Shown: in pieces, positions 1 through 12,617 of the stretch
How positions within the stretch are numbered: the first letter of the stretch is position 1
How the letters are laid out: every line of letters starts with the position of its first letter
DNA from: Amoebophrya sp. A120
Taxonomy: Eukaryota; Protista; Dinoflagellata
Direction: 5' to 3'
Length of the DNA: 64,000 bases
Assembly (NCBI GenBank): GCA_905178155.1
Contig: CAJINV010000004.1
Coordinates: 8,330,882 to 8,394,881 of the forward strand
Notes under the pieces: model-generated
What the model saw: the letters and a program-made list of their open reading frames with translations, nothing else
Databases searched by the model: none
What the model was told of the DNA's origin: nothing
Made by a program: the position numbers and the translations under genes

Positions 1-1334
1 CGAAAAATACAAAATCAGGTCAGTGTTCCGATGATGAAAACAGATCGATACAAAATTATCAGTAGTGTGCTGTTGTAAATCGATGCAAAATTTGTAAATG
101 TTGTATAGGACGAAAGAACCCGTGAATGCAGTCAATGCAGGTAGTAATAATACCGAGAAAGTAGTGATTACAGTTAGCAAATGCAGAGTGGGTAGAAAAT
201 TGAAAAATTACAAAATTCGAAGGTGTACAACCGAAAAATTGCCGCAAGTGGTTGATGAAAATTGTGGCGTCTAGAAATCAAACCGTTCCCAAAGCGTGTC
301 ACCTGATAGTACGCTGTGAACGAATGACGCAGCAAAAATTGTTTCAGACAAAGTAGTTTATACTATCGAAATGTTTGCGCTACTACTTTTCCGTGCGAGC
401 AGCAATTTTGTGTAAGACAAAAGTTTTGATGGTGTTCGGTATTATTCGGCTTTGCGTACAAACTGGCGTGGTTGCTTGCACCGTCTTGCAATAGAATTGG
501 GCGGTAGTTTGATACAAAATCGAATGGAAACCTAGTTGAAGGATTGGTTTGGAAAGTTGAAAATTGTGGGTCTTGTCAGCAGACAAAATTTGGTGATGAA
601 TTAGCCGCTGTTGTGTGGGGGTGCGTTGCAGTTTCGGTTTGAAGAATTGTCAAAATCGACGAGTACAGGTGAAGTAACACCACCAGGAAAAGAGAAAAAG
701 GCACTACTTACCATATTTATTGCGACGAAAATATCAAATCGTACGAAGAGCAGCTTCTACCGAAGGTTAAAAAACCTCAAACCTTCGCTCTCGAAAACCG
801 ATAAAAATACTTGAATCCATTTTCCATATCATCCGAAAGAGCAGACGAAGCGCTTCGACAGGGCAAACGAAGATGTTGGACGTGGTGCTATCATAATTAG
901 TACCGAACTTTCTTCACCCAAAACAGCGCCAACGTGCTGTGGGGGTTCTAGTGCTGCTTCAAAACCGAAATACTTTTTACGCAAAGCTGTTTGCTGCGAA
1001 GAGGCTTTTGCAGATAGGGAAAAACCGAATTTTCATTTCTATATGAGAAGTTAGTGGACCGAGATAAATTTGGACTTGGACGACGCGACAGCAAATATAG
1101 TTTTTTCAACGAATATAACAACACCTGGGAGCAGACGAACAGCCGATATTGTACTTCTACCGAAGAAGATGGTGTGAACACTACAGAGCGCAACGAGCAA
1201 CGGAGTGCAGGCTACCGATAGAACTCAAGTTTCGCAAGAACCCCTGCCCGGGCTTGCTGTTGAGGCAGATTTAATATTTTCTCCTGGGAGTTGTTGTGAA
1301 ATTTTGATTTGTCGTCCAGTAAAAACCTGTATTA

Positions 1335-4300
1335 TTATATCCACCTCGCTGCCTCATAAGCCTGGATGTAGTCGAACCTAATCCGCTTGAGCATCTTCAA
1401 AAACTGATACTCCATCGTGGAGACGTTATTTCGATCGAAAAATCGATGAAAATAAACGTCGCACAAAGTCGCCAAGTACAGATTCGGCAAGTGGTCGTCG
1501 ATCATGCTATCAACTGCAAATATGTCTTGGTCTGGAAACTTGTGATGCTGAAATGTGCATGATTGAAATCCTTCCAAGTGCAGCCAAGCATGACAAGTTT
1601 TCCGAACACTTTCTCAACCGCAGTCCGCATGAGAAGTTGCGCTTTTGTATGACAAAAGGAGGCGTAGTTTTGTTAGTCATGATGCAACACAGATTTTACA
1701 GGAATGTCGGACTTGCATATACAAGTTCAATGCTCCCAGACCCAGACACATTTGCATTTCATACATGCGCAAGCCGAGCAAAATTCGCCGGTAGTGCTCC
1801 CCGTGGTTTCGGACCCAAAAACAGGTGGGCGCCGCCGTACTGGGGCGAACTTGCAAGTGGAGGCAGAACTTCCCCGGGGGCCGCGGGATCTTGCTGTAGT
1901 CGTGGGTCTTCCGTTGTTGCCCGAAGAGGGTGCCGATGTAGTCCACCGCTTGGGTAAAGTAGGAGGTTTCGCTAATCTCGTCCGCGAGGCTGAGTTTGCG
2001 ATGAGGGGTGCATGGCGGTGAAGTAGATCAGATGTTGCTTTGCATGTAATAATCAGCATGACACGGAAAAAGATCTTGGTCCTCGGGCTCGGCATGGTTT
2101 GGTGTGCTTTCTATAGATGAAATGATTTTGTCTTTGTCAACCGGAACAGCATCAGCATGAAAAAAAGTTTTTCAAAATGAAAACTATACCGGTCAAAGCT
2201 TTCCATGCTGAGGGCCGACACGAAGTCCTTGCCGCGGACGACGCCCAAGATGCGCGGGTCGTTTGTTATCGAGTAGGAAAATTTAGGCGCGAGCGCAGCA
2301 CATTTGTCATGTACAGCGCAAATAGTGCGTCGCTTGATAACTGTATACATTAACACGGTCTGGCGGTCGTCAGATCGATGCAACTGTAATATCTCGCCCG
2401 CAGTGCACACACCCATTGTTTTTTTTGAAAATATTAAGTACATTAAACGCTTCTAAAAAAATCAAAACACGCACGCCCTCAACTCGCACTTCCTTCCCAT
2501 CCGATAGCCATCACGGGGTATTTCGCTGCATTCGCCGCACGACCCGGACTTCTTCCCGCAACTGTTCCCCCCTGCTCTGCGTCGTCGTCATGATAGGCAA
2601 TCGCGGGGCTCCCGAAAAGGAACAGCCTCTTGTTCTCGATTTGGGGAAATTTCCAGTACACCAAAGCCACGGTTGCCGCTCCCAGGGAGTGTCCCGTGAA
2701 GACGAATCTGTAGTCCGGGTTCTTTTTCAAAAAGCGCTCCACCCAGAACCGGATCAACTGCAAATATGTCTGGGTCTGGAAGGTTGCCAGACTTGTCATG
2801 CAGGTTTTATTCCATGACCCATGAGGTCTGGAATGCGGTACCCAGCATGACTGATTCTGTGGCGTGGTCTCTATCATGCCTATCCTGCATGAGAAACTCC
2901 CTCTCAACTTGGTCAAAAGCGGACAGCTTTTGCTACTCATGCAACACAGATTTTTGCATGGTTCAGATTTAGCATGACAAGTTCCACTCTTCCAGACCAA
3001 GACATATTTGCATTGGATAAACCGGATCCGACCGTAGACAAACTCCGCGGACTTGACGAATCCTTTGTGGGTGCGGAACAAAACGCGAACCTCCGTGTTG
3101 TCTTCGTCGGATGGTGTTTGTCGTTGTCCATCTTCAGTGGAAGTTGTCTTTGTACGAGAAGAAACTGTGCTCGTCGCCTCGCCGGTTGTTGAACCTGCCG
3201 TGGGTACTAGCGAAGACAAATTTTTTGGTTTACTATCAGTACTATCCTTTCTCCGTATCAACTGCAAAAATGTCTGGGTCTGGAAGATTGCCAGGTTTGT
3301 CATGCATATTTTGAATGACCCATGATGTCTGTGATGCATGCCCTAGCATCACAGATTTTTCGCGGACTTTGTGATGCCTCTACCGCATGACAAATGCCCT
3401 TTCCGCGTAGCACAAACTGGAGTGCTTTTGCTGGTCATGCAATACAAATTTTTTTAGAATCCAGAGACAGCATTACAAGTTTAGAATCTTCCAGACCCAG
3501 ACATATTTGCATTTGATACTCCGGTGCCGTTCCCGATTCCGTTCCGGACTCCCACTGTTCGGACGGGAGGAACTACTCCCAGGCGGTGCAAAATTGACGT
3601 CGCTCTGGTCTATCAGCAGAGGCTCGTGAGGATTTCTACCTGCAGTTTTCTTCTCGATATTCAAATAAGCTCGCGAAGATGAGGACGTGCTGCTTGTTCC
3701 GGGATAGCCGTTTTTCGTCGTGCCCAATTGATGTTGCCCGTATACAGCATGATCTCCCTCGGGCGACGAGGGAACAAATAACCCTTCGTCTCCGTATATC
3801 GCTTCGTCCTCCGGCGGCCGGATTTTGCGTTCGGGTTTTGGGATTCTAGTCTTCTGTACGGATTGACCGGAAGATCTGGTGCTGTTTGCGGAGGAGCCGC
3901 GGGAGGGTGGTGCCACTACAACAGCAGCTCCTGTGCTGGTCGGCGTTTCTGCTCTCGGTTCCGGCTGAAACAACGTCGAAAGCTGTCCGCCCTGTAGAAC
4001 TCCTCTCCCCCGTTCGTCATAGTCTTCTTTGTTCGGTGATTTTGCGCCCACAAATTCGTTGCCGACGTAGTCGATTTCGGGTAAGCTTTCCTTTCGCTCG
4101 CTCGCCGGCGGACCGAGGATGGCATCGTCGAGGCTGTCGTGTCTGGAAGATGTTGGGCCGTCTTGTTCTACTACCCTCGGTGGTGTACTACTAGCAGTTC
4201 CACTCTTGTTTTTCGGTGCGGGAAAAAGCGAACGCGCCTTAGTATTCGCTTTCACCTTCACGACGTCATTGCCCACCTGCACCTCCGACGGCTCGTCGGA

Positions 4301-7300
4301 AGTGACTAGAGGATCCGCACTATCCTAAGCAAAAACGTCCCCACACCATAGTCAAGTTGGGAATCTAGCAACACAAATCTCCAAGTTTTGGGAGTTGTGC
4401 ATGACAAGTTTCCCTCTGCAGTGTAGTGCTGGTTGACAAGGGAAGCCGCATTAGAAAGCCACTTTCTCATCCTGTTTATAGCATTACAAATTCCAAAACA
4501 CGACTGGTAATGCATCTCATGGAGCTGCGCATTACAAATGTTCCATTCCTGTCATTGCGCATTTGCATGACAACTCTGGTGTGGGTACGTTTTTACTCAG
4601 GATACGCACCAGAAGCGACATCAGGTTCCTGATCGTGAGGTCCTCCCGCGGCTTCCCCCGAGCTCGCACGTCGCCTCAACGCTTCTGCTTCTTGCGCTCG
4701 TCTCTTCTCCTCGTCCCGGGCCTTTGTCAATTCCTGCAACGGGTCCACGCCAAACAGGGCGCTCCCCGCCTTCGGGAACCGGACCGCGAAATCGACTTCC
4801 TCCGCCGCAATATCTGTCATGACGTCTTTCCAAGCCATCGACCCCCGCACAGTATCAACTGCAAAAATGTCTGGGTCTGGAAGGTTGGCACTTGTGATGC
4901 TAACTTTGGACTCTAAAAAAATCTGTATTGCATGACCACCAAGAGGAGTCTAGTTGGTGCTACGCGGGGAGGGCATTTGTCATGCGGAGTAGACATCAGG
5001 AAGCCCTCTAAAAATCTGTGATGCTAGGTTGCGCATTACAGATATCCTGGGTCATGCAAAATATGCATGACAAACCCGGCAACATTCCAGACCCAGACAT
5101 TTTTGCATTTGATAGACAGAGAGAATCAACCACTTCAGTGTGTGGTTCACCGAAAGCACAAACGTATCCAGTGCAAATATGTCTGGGTCTGGAAGGATCC
5201 GAACTTGTGATGCTGCATTTGGATACTACAAAAATCTGTATTGCATGAACAGCAAAAGAGGTCCAGTGTTTGCCACGGAGAGCGGGTAATATTTCTCATG
5301 CGGTATATGCATGAGGAAGCCCTCACAAAATCTGCGATGCTAGGGCATGCATCACAGACGTCAGGAGTCATGCAAACTGCGCATGACAAACCTTGCATCC
5401 CTCCAGACCCAAACATATTTGCAATGCGTAAAACGCTGGCTCGTACATTTCTTCCGTGAACGCAGAAACCAGAATGGGATTCGCCGGTAGAAAAGCGTTG
5501 GTCTTCGTCGGACTGCTTGTACTGCTGGTAGTGGGTGCAGCAGCAGCACCTCCCGTCGCAGCTGTAGTGGCTCCAGTGCCATGGCGGCCTGGTACCGTAG
5601 TGCGGCTTGCGGTTTTTGAATTTTTCCGGCTTGATGTTCCGGGTTTGCTCGGCGATTTAGACGAAGGAGAGCTTGTTCGCGATAAAAATTCCTCTTTGCT
5701 CGTGGTTCTTTTCGACGACGTGGTCCCACTCTGAGAGGTGTTGATTTTCTTCTTGTCCACACTAGATGTTGAAGAGGACTTCTGCTCTGCTCCCGGTAGA
5801 AGTTCTTGCCCATCTACAAATCCAGATGGAAGCTGCGAGGACGTCGTCACTTCCGAACTCGGTTCTATTCTTTTCTTCCTCTGCCACTGCGCGCTGTCTT
5901 GCTTCGCGCCCACGAGGGCGAGGAAGGCCTTTTGGTTCAGCACCTCGTTTTCCAGTTGGTCCATGTTCACCTTCATGAACGCCCCGGCCACCCGTATCGT
6001 AAGGAAAAATCCACCCTCCCCATATTGCAAACGGAGTTTGTGATGCTGTATTTGAGTACACAAATCGACTTGTAATGCCAGAAGGCCAAGAGCCGCAGTC
6101 GTGGCCTCGTTTGCAGGAAATTTGTCATGCTGTTTCCCACTTCCAGCCGCCTCCTGTCATGCTGAAGACGCAAGGCTTCCCCATGCCAACCAGCCCGACA
6201 GCCCGCATCTTTTCCCTTCTAGCATGACGAAGCTGAGTTGTGACAACAAATCTGCATCACAAATTTTCGTTTCGGTATGGGGAGGGGAGATTTTTCCCCA
6301 CAATAACCCACGTTGCCGCACTGTCCACATACCCCTCGTACATCGGCACACCGTACACAGCCCGCATGTAGAGACAGGCGATCATGTATCCTGAGCAAAA
6401 ACGTCCCGGCCCCCTAGTCAAGATGGGAAACCTGCTAAACAAATCTCCAGACTTTGGGAGCTGTGCATGACAAGTTTCCATCTGCAGTGTAGTGGTGGTT
6501 AGCAAGGGAAGCTTCGTGATTTCTCATCCTGTTTACAGCAGTACAAATGCCAAAACACGACTGGAAATGCCTCTCATGGAGCTGCGCATTACAAATGTCC
6601 CTGTCATTGGGCATTTGCATGACAACTCTGGGTCGGGGACGTTTTTACTTAGGATATCATGGTCTCGATGAGGATCGACTTTTCCCGCAACACCGCTGCG
6701 TTATCGAACTGCTTTTCGTACAGCTGCGAGTGCACGTCCCGCAGCCGCCACATCACGGAAGGGTCGAGAAAGGAGAAGAAGTCCTGCGCCCCGTGTCGTC
6801 GATTGGACAGCATGGAGAGCAAGGTGGTAACCGTGTCCCACATGTGCGACGAGCTGCCGCCCGTTTCATTTGTCTGCTCGTGGGCTGGCCGGTGGATCGG
6901 CCGGTTTTGCAGGTCGTCCGCCGCCGCGGCAACCACGTCCTCCTTGTTTTCATCTATGGTTGTAGGGTCAGGCGGGTAATTATTATTCCGGCTGTACGGG
7001 AAAAGCAAAAGACTACTAGACGCTGGATCTTCACTACCAGACGCAGCAGCGCTTTGACTCAATTGCGCACTACTGGTCGTCGCACCGCCGAACCAATCAA
7101 AGTAGCTATTATCGGTGTCGTTTTCCGTGACAGGCGTCGTGTGAATCTGCTGTGGATAGTCGTCGTCGGGGTAGGTATGGGCAGATATTTCTGGTGGTTC
7201 TGGTTCTCCATCAACACGACCTAGAGGTGCGGCACGACGACCAGGGCCGGTGCCACTAGTTGTACCAGGTGTTGAAGAGTTTGAGTCCTCAAAAGGTGGT

Positions 7301-7722
7301 CCTGTTCTTGGGCCATCTGTTCTTTGCCCTAACATTCTATCCGACGTATCATTCGTGTTCTCCTGCAATCGACCGCTGTTGTTCACCTTCACTTGATGTC
7401 TACTTTTCTGTTTCGGAGAAAAGGGCAGTTTCGTGGAAGAAGTTGGCACAGCGAGCGTGGGTCGCTCTTCCATACCTCTTGTACCCTCGTCGCCATTGGT
7501 TGCGTCGCGAGGTTGTTCATTCTGATCCTGGTCTCGAGCCAAGTACTTTTCCAGCATCCGGCCCTCGAGAAGATGACCATCATGATCTGCGTCGTCCAAC
7601 GACCTGCCGGAAGCCGCAGTAGTGGTGTCCTCCTTCCGGCCGCGAAAGGTTGAATAATTCGCAGTGCCCTTCGGAGGCGACTTGGCTTTCTGCTTCTTTT
7701 CTTGCGAAGGAAAAGACGTCAT
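1335..7722 (-). CDS. Class 3 lipase, diacylglycerol-lipase-like (multi-exon, introner-split)
   Basis: Manual splicing gives YMRAVYGVPM, VRGSMAWKDVMTDI, HKGF, the FTGHSLGAA nucleophile elbow, FGSP and VRGKDFV motifs in Lipase_3 order; junctions such as LLGLRM|IDDHL and ETM|IACL are in frame. Confidence 0.85.
1508..1763. mobile_element. Introner family A (TIR TATCAANTGCAAAWATGTCTGGGTCTGGAAG)
   Basis: TIRs; TSD catgc/catgc. Confidence 0.9.
2752..3019. mobile_element. Introner family A
   Basis: TIRs; TSD aaccg. Confidence 0.9.
3256..3518. mobile_element. Introner family A
   Basis: TIRs; TSD ctccg. Confidence 0.92.
4321..4604. mobile_element. Introner family B (TIR TATCCTRAGYAAAAACGTCCCCAC)
   Basis: TIRs; TSD cgcac. 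Confidence 0.92.
4853..5114. mobile_element. Introner family A (opposite orientation to the 3256 copy)
   Basis: TIRs; TSD cacag/gacag. Confidence 0.9.
5165..5430. mobile_element. Introner family A
   Basis: TIRs; TSD aaacg. Confidence 0.9.
5995..6305. mobile_element. Introner family C (TIR TAT....AGGAAAAATCCCCCCTCCCCATA)
   Basis: TIRs; TSD acccg/accca. Confidence 0.88.
6387..6656. mobile_element. Introner family B
   Basis: TIRs; TSD tcatg. Confidence 0.92.
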
Positions 7723-8866
7723 GGCCGGTGTAGTTGGTGGGGGAGCTACAGCTGGCGGGCATTTTCATCATCGATCGAGTTTCCTGCTTGATGTCATTGT
7801 TGTTTATATTTTCAACATAAACATTTTACGCTACTGCTAGCACGCAACAAGTATGGCTACCCCTGTACCTAGCATGATGAAACAGCTATACTAAAACCCA
7901 CTTGATGGACAACCCTAGGCACGGGGTAGGGAAAGATAAATGAATTATCCTAGCACAAACCCAAGCTGTACTTGTACGACTCACAACATCTTCCCTCAAA
8001 GAAGCCCTTGCCGCTGGCGTCACTCGTTGTATATAGTCTTGGTCTTTTTTGAATGTCGCATGTTTCTCGCTCCTGCAAGTAAAAAAGCAGCAGGGGACGA
8101 TGATGCAATTAAAGCAGAATAGTCCAGGATCTTTATCTTTTTTTTTTGTAGCCTGCTGTGCTGGGTTTTTTAATCAAAAAATACGACTTGGTGTTGTTGG
8201 TGCCATGTCACGAACAACCTGTAGGTGAACTCAGATCGTGCTTGTTGCAGGCAGACGACAAGCAAAATACGTAACCTCGTTAGGTAAACAGACTACCCAA
8301 AAAGAGGCTTCGTTTGAGGTGTAAGCATTCCGGTGGTAGAAAGAATGGGTGTCAGAAGTGAAATGTGTTTCTAGTTTTTACACACGTTCTTCACGAAGAA
8401 TGGGTGTCAGAAGTCTTTGATGGAATGTCTCCACATATGTACGTTTTTTAGATCGAAGGAATAAGAAGTTCACAGTTTTGGTTGTGGTTTGTCTTTGTAC
8501 AACATCAACGGCATAAATTATTTTTTTCGAGATGGCTGAGGCTGTGTTCAAGTGTCATAGTGTTCGTAGTACAATGACAAAAGTAGTATCTAAACCTCTT
8601 GGAAGTACCTCTGAACATCAGAATAATCAGCGGTGTAAAAATATATTGTTCGGGCTGCTCAGTTACAGTCTGGGTTTTCCTGGTTTATTGTGTCCTGGAT
8701 AGAAAAGAGCTTGATGAGTGTATCCATAATTCTGTTCCACGTTACAATCGCCTTACTTAGATACATTTTTTTCATTTTTCGACCTTTCAGCCTCATCATG
8801 AGTGCCTGGATTGATGGGAGAATTTCAACATTGCTGCTACTGGTGAAGGACAGAAAAAAAACTTAC

Positions 8867-9378
8867 TTATCGAGGTGTTAAAGCTCCTAGCGCATGCGGT
8901 GGTGTTCCAGCTCCTGCTCCTCCATCGCCCGGATAGATAAGATCTCCTTCTTGTAGTAACGGCCCATCCGGTGTCATCGCTTCTCCGTCCCCACCAAACG
9001 GGGGTGTCATATCCGCTTCTCCGTCCCTATCAAACGGGGGTGTCACACCTCCTTCCCCGTCCAAGTTGTCCTGGGCTGGGCGGATCAAGTCTCCGTCTCC
9101 CAAGGGAGCGAGGGGCGCGTGTGGGTTCGGAATGATGGGCACGAAGAGGTAACCTATCCCAGTGCCAAAGTGCATGTTTTCTTGTTCAAAGTCAAAGACG
9201 AAGGCCCGTTTGCATAACGACCTGAATTATCGAAATAAATCCAATGCGAGTTGTTGTCCCTGACCAGGTGGTGCAGTGAAGTTTTTATCAGGTCAGCTAC
9301 CTTGAATGATTGTTCATCACACACGGCATGCACAAAGTGGTTAAGCACGACAGTGCGAGGAAGAAAATTGACATGCAC
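8867..9378 (-). CDS. Hypothetical protein fragment(s) with DGExxxTPPF repeat
   Basis: ORFs 9154-9378 and 8867-9175; three 33-36 nt coding repeats at about 8970-9065; exon structure unresolved. Confidence 0.3.
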
Positions 9379-9477
9379 TGAAAATAAAACTGTTGAAATG
9401 GTGCCTCGCTCCCATGCGATGTTTTATTTTTGCCATGATGGTCGTGGACCACCATATAATATATGAACTAGCCTGTT

Positions 9478-9942
9478 CTAGCACTTCGAGAAACCATGCC
9501 CGCTTGCACATTCCATACCGCGAATGCGATTAATGCGATTTTCGTTTTCCCTCAGCCTCTGAAGGATGGCCTCGTGGTTTAAATCTCGGAAACCAGCGGG
9601 GGCGCGCGCGCGAGCGTTCTCCGCCATGTTGTCTGCCGTCAAGTTCAGGTCCGGTCGGGTGTTTTTGTCGGGGTCCAGGACTAGCACCAGTTCGTCGTGT
9701 GTTCTCCCCTGAAGATTCGCATGCTCCCGGAGCACGAAGCCACGGTGTTTCAAGTCGTTGTAAAAATTCGGAAACACCCGGAAAAAATCGTCAAAGGTGG
9801 GCACCTTCGTGCGTCCGTCGGGGCCAAGGGGTGCTAAGAACTCCGCGTTCGCCCCGGCACAAAGATGCTGCTGAAAGTTGATGCTCACTTCGAGTTTGCC
9901 CTGTCGCGCGGCCTGCTCCGCGATCTCGAGAAGTTGTTTCAT
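9478..9942 (-). CDS. Hypothetical protein (154 aa), possibly a downstream exon of the 10588 gene
   Basis: Open ORF with protein-like composition; no recognisable domain. Confidence 0.5.
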   Translation of the reverse strand: MKQLLEIAEQAARQGKLEVSINFQQHLCAGANAEFLAPLGPDGRTKVPTFDDFFRVFPNFYNDLKHRGFVLREHANLQGRTHDELVLVLDPDKNTRPDLNLTADNMAENARARAPAGFRDLNHEAILQRLRENENRINRIRGMECASGHGFSKC

Positions 9943-10040
9943 GATCGGTAAATTATATTCGCGTTCACACAGGGCAAGTCATGTAAGGCCAACTATCGCG
10001 AATGGAATCTCATTCATGCGCATCATCTCAATGTAGTTTG

Positions 10041-10588
10041 TCATGCGTTCCTGTCTTCATCAAATAAGACTTGCCTTGAAACGAGAATAGTTCGCTTCCG
10101 CTGGATACTTTTGGACGTGTGATGGAAAAATTTCGCCTTTCCCCCCGCTGCAATCGCCTGCAGCCGCGTCGCATTCAGCGCAGCCGGCAGCGCAAGTGGG
10201 TGGCTCCGCGGCTCCTCGAGGTACCGAATGATTTTCAGTTTCAGTTCCCGGGGGAGATGCTTCGAAAAAGTCTTGTGGAGGCAGAGATCGTAGACCTGCA
10301 TTTAACACGTTGAATAAAGCTATTTTGGTGAGAGAGCCAGACAACGATAACTGCGTGTGCGTTTTTTCTGTGCCGACATACAAGAACATATTCAGCGCTC
10401 ATCGTACGTGGTCGTGAAGTCCATAGCTTGTCGGATGATTGACCGTGACTACTTACAATGACATCAACAATCTATACGTTGATCTGCAGGCTCGTGACGC
10501 GCCGTTCCGCCTTTTTGTGCGCTTTTTCATCCTCCTCTTTTGCCACCTGCTCGCGCAGTTTGGAAAATTGCTGCCCGTTTTGAAACAT
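10041..10588 (-). CDS. Hypothetical protein with F-box-like motif; canonical GT-AG intron 10296-10477
   Basis: MFQNGQQ...KKAERRVTSLQIN|VYDLCLHKTFSKHLPRELKLKIIRYL is in frame after a GT..AG intron; N-terminus aligns with the 11466-12617 ORF. Confidence 0.55.
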
Positions 10589-11465
10589 CTTTTGTGGGGG
10601 ATTTGGAGATGGTGTTGTTTATTAAGATTTGGGTGCCATCGTGCTGTGTACGGAAGAACGGGTGAAATGTCAACTCATGATAAGCCTTGACGATGAAGGT
10701 GGTTGTGGTATATCTTGCGTGGTGCTAGTGCTAGGCGAGAACCAACAAGGAAAAATAAAGTGTCTACAAAGAAAATATTGTGGATAGTACATTTGTATTC
10801 CGCCGTCTCGTGGTGACAGTAATCATAAATCTAGTACTTTTACCTCTAGTCAAAGTCACAATTGACTGGGTTTTTCAAGAAGTTGCAGCATCAGGGGTAA
10901 GCGGGTAAAGAGGATCTCTTCGATAGGTTAAAGCCATTCGCCGACCTAGGGAAAACGAACCTGATCCTCAGCCTCGCACACCGAACGACCATGCGGAAGC
11001 AAGTCTGTAGTCCATCGATGAAAAAAGGATCTTCATCTTTGCACGAGCGTGTCGTGTAGATCGAAACAAGATCTCGATCCTTCATCGACGAGAACCGTCT
11101 CGCGGAGGTGAACAAGAGCAACTCCAGGCGGGAAAAGCAAGATCTCAACGCAAACATATCAACCACCGCCTCTTTTCACTTGTTGCTCCGCCTCGTGCAC
11201 CAGTTTCGCTCGATACAATTGTTATTTTCGCCAAAGGTAAAAATTTAATTCGTGGAAATGAGGGCACGACATCATCGATACTCAGCTTTAGCACCACCTA
11301 ACGATCAAACGATCAGCATGTTTTTCGTTGCACTCTCTTCATCTTCCGTCCTGTAAGCGGACAAAACTGGAGCAACTCGATCTCCATCTGGGCGTTCTTT
11401 CCAAATCGTTTCTTCTACGTATTCCATACTTGGTAATCGCAACCAAAACCGTCCTAGCTTTCTCC

Positions 11466-12617
11466 TCAGGGTGCTGCCTGCTCGATCACCGGCTCCAAGT
11501 GAAGCAACAGCTGCACTAATTCCACCGGCACGGTCGACGTCAAGGACACATCACCGTCGCGGAAAAGCCGTTCGGCATCTTTTTTCTCGAGCTTTGGAAA
11601 AAGTTGGAACACGATCTCGGGCACAATGTAGGCGGACTCCTCATGGGCGTCATTATCATCTCCGGGCAGCCGCAGGCGCTTGGGAAATCCGGGCGGGGAG
11701 TTTTTGATGCGGCGAATTAATTCTGTCAAGGTAATAGAGGGGCTTGGGATTTCCTCTGGGGGGGGGTCAAAGAGACCAAAGGTCCTTCCAGGAATACCAG
11801 CAAGGTTCAGTGCGCTGCTAACGCGAATCTGTTCGCCTCTGCGCTGCCATTCAGTCCTAACTACGCATCGCTCAATGCGGGCTGGTACTGGAGACTGTAG
11901 ACAATACTTCTTCAGCTTTTCGAGAAATTCTTTCTCGCTTTTGGCGTAGGGATCCCCAGCGGCCAACTTCTGTGCGAGAGCCATCCGAAGCGAGGTTGGC
12001 AAATAACGGTGGTCAAACCGGAGATGTACGTTGATGTTGTGTTTGTATTCGGCGCCCGCATTCTTTTCGTGGCGATAACTGAATACCGCACCCAGTTGCA
12101 AATCAGTGATTTCAACGCTCGGAACTTTTTCAAAGTAAGCAGACCCGGGCACTTTGCACATGACGTCCCAGGCGTTGCTGACAACCATATCCTCGTCTGC
12201 GCAGTGCGGAAGAAAGCGGACCTCGGTAAAAAGAGGTACTGCCAGGGCTTCATAAGAAGCAACCGCCGGCTTCCACACCACCTCCTTTCCAGAAGTAAAG
12301 GATTGGCCGCAAACACGCAGTCCTACATCCGGATCCAAATGCAACATTTTTTCGACCTTCGTAAACACCGGGAGATCATCCGGACGCAGAAACGCGTAAA
12401 TCTTGCGCCCGATTTCGTCGGGAACCGGGAAACGGAACGGCGCGCGGTCTTCCGCTTGCTTTTTCTCGAAACACGTCATGGCGGCCTTCACGGAGACCGC
12501 ATTGACGTGGTGCTTCGCTTTCTTCGCCCCATAATCCTCGTCCAGTAAGTCGTAGATCTTTTGCAGGGGGGCCCGGACGTTGATGTTGAACAATTTTGAC
12601 TGCCGGTTCGACGACAT
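11466..12617 (-). CDS. Intronless hypothetical protein (383 aa) with N-terminal F-box-like motif
   Basis: Long clean ORF; VPDEIGRKIYAFL resembles the F-box LPxEIxxxIFxYL pattern. Confidence 0.75.
   Translation of the reverse strand: MSSNRQSKLFNINVRAPLQKIYDLLDEDYGAKKAKHHVNAVSVKAAMTCFEKKQAEDRAPFRFPVPDEIGRKIYAFLRPDDLPVFTKVEKMLHLDPDVGLRVCGQSFTSGKEVVWKPAVASYEALAVPLFTEVRFLPHCADEDMVVSNAWDVMCKVPGSAYFEKVPSVEITDLQLGAVFSYRHEKNAGAEYKHNINVHLRFDHRYLPTSLRMALAQKLAAGDPYAKSEKEFLEKLKKYCLQSPVPARIERCVVRTEWQRRGEQIRVSSALNLAGIPGRTFGLFDPPPEEIPSPSITLTELIRRIKNSPPGFPKRLRLPGDDNDAHEESAYIVPEIVFQLFPKLEKKDAERLFRDGDVSLTSTVPVELVQLLLHLEPVIEQAAP

Noticed and set aside
7857-7930. Imperfect inverted repeat upstream of the lipase gene
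   Set aside because: About 15 bp with mismatches, no TSD or TAT/ATA ends; could be chance.
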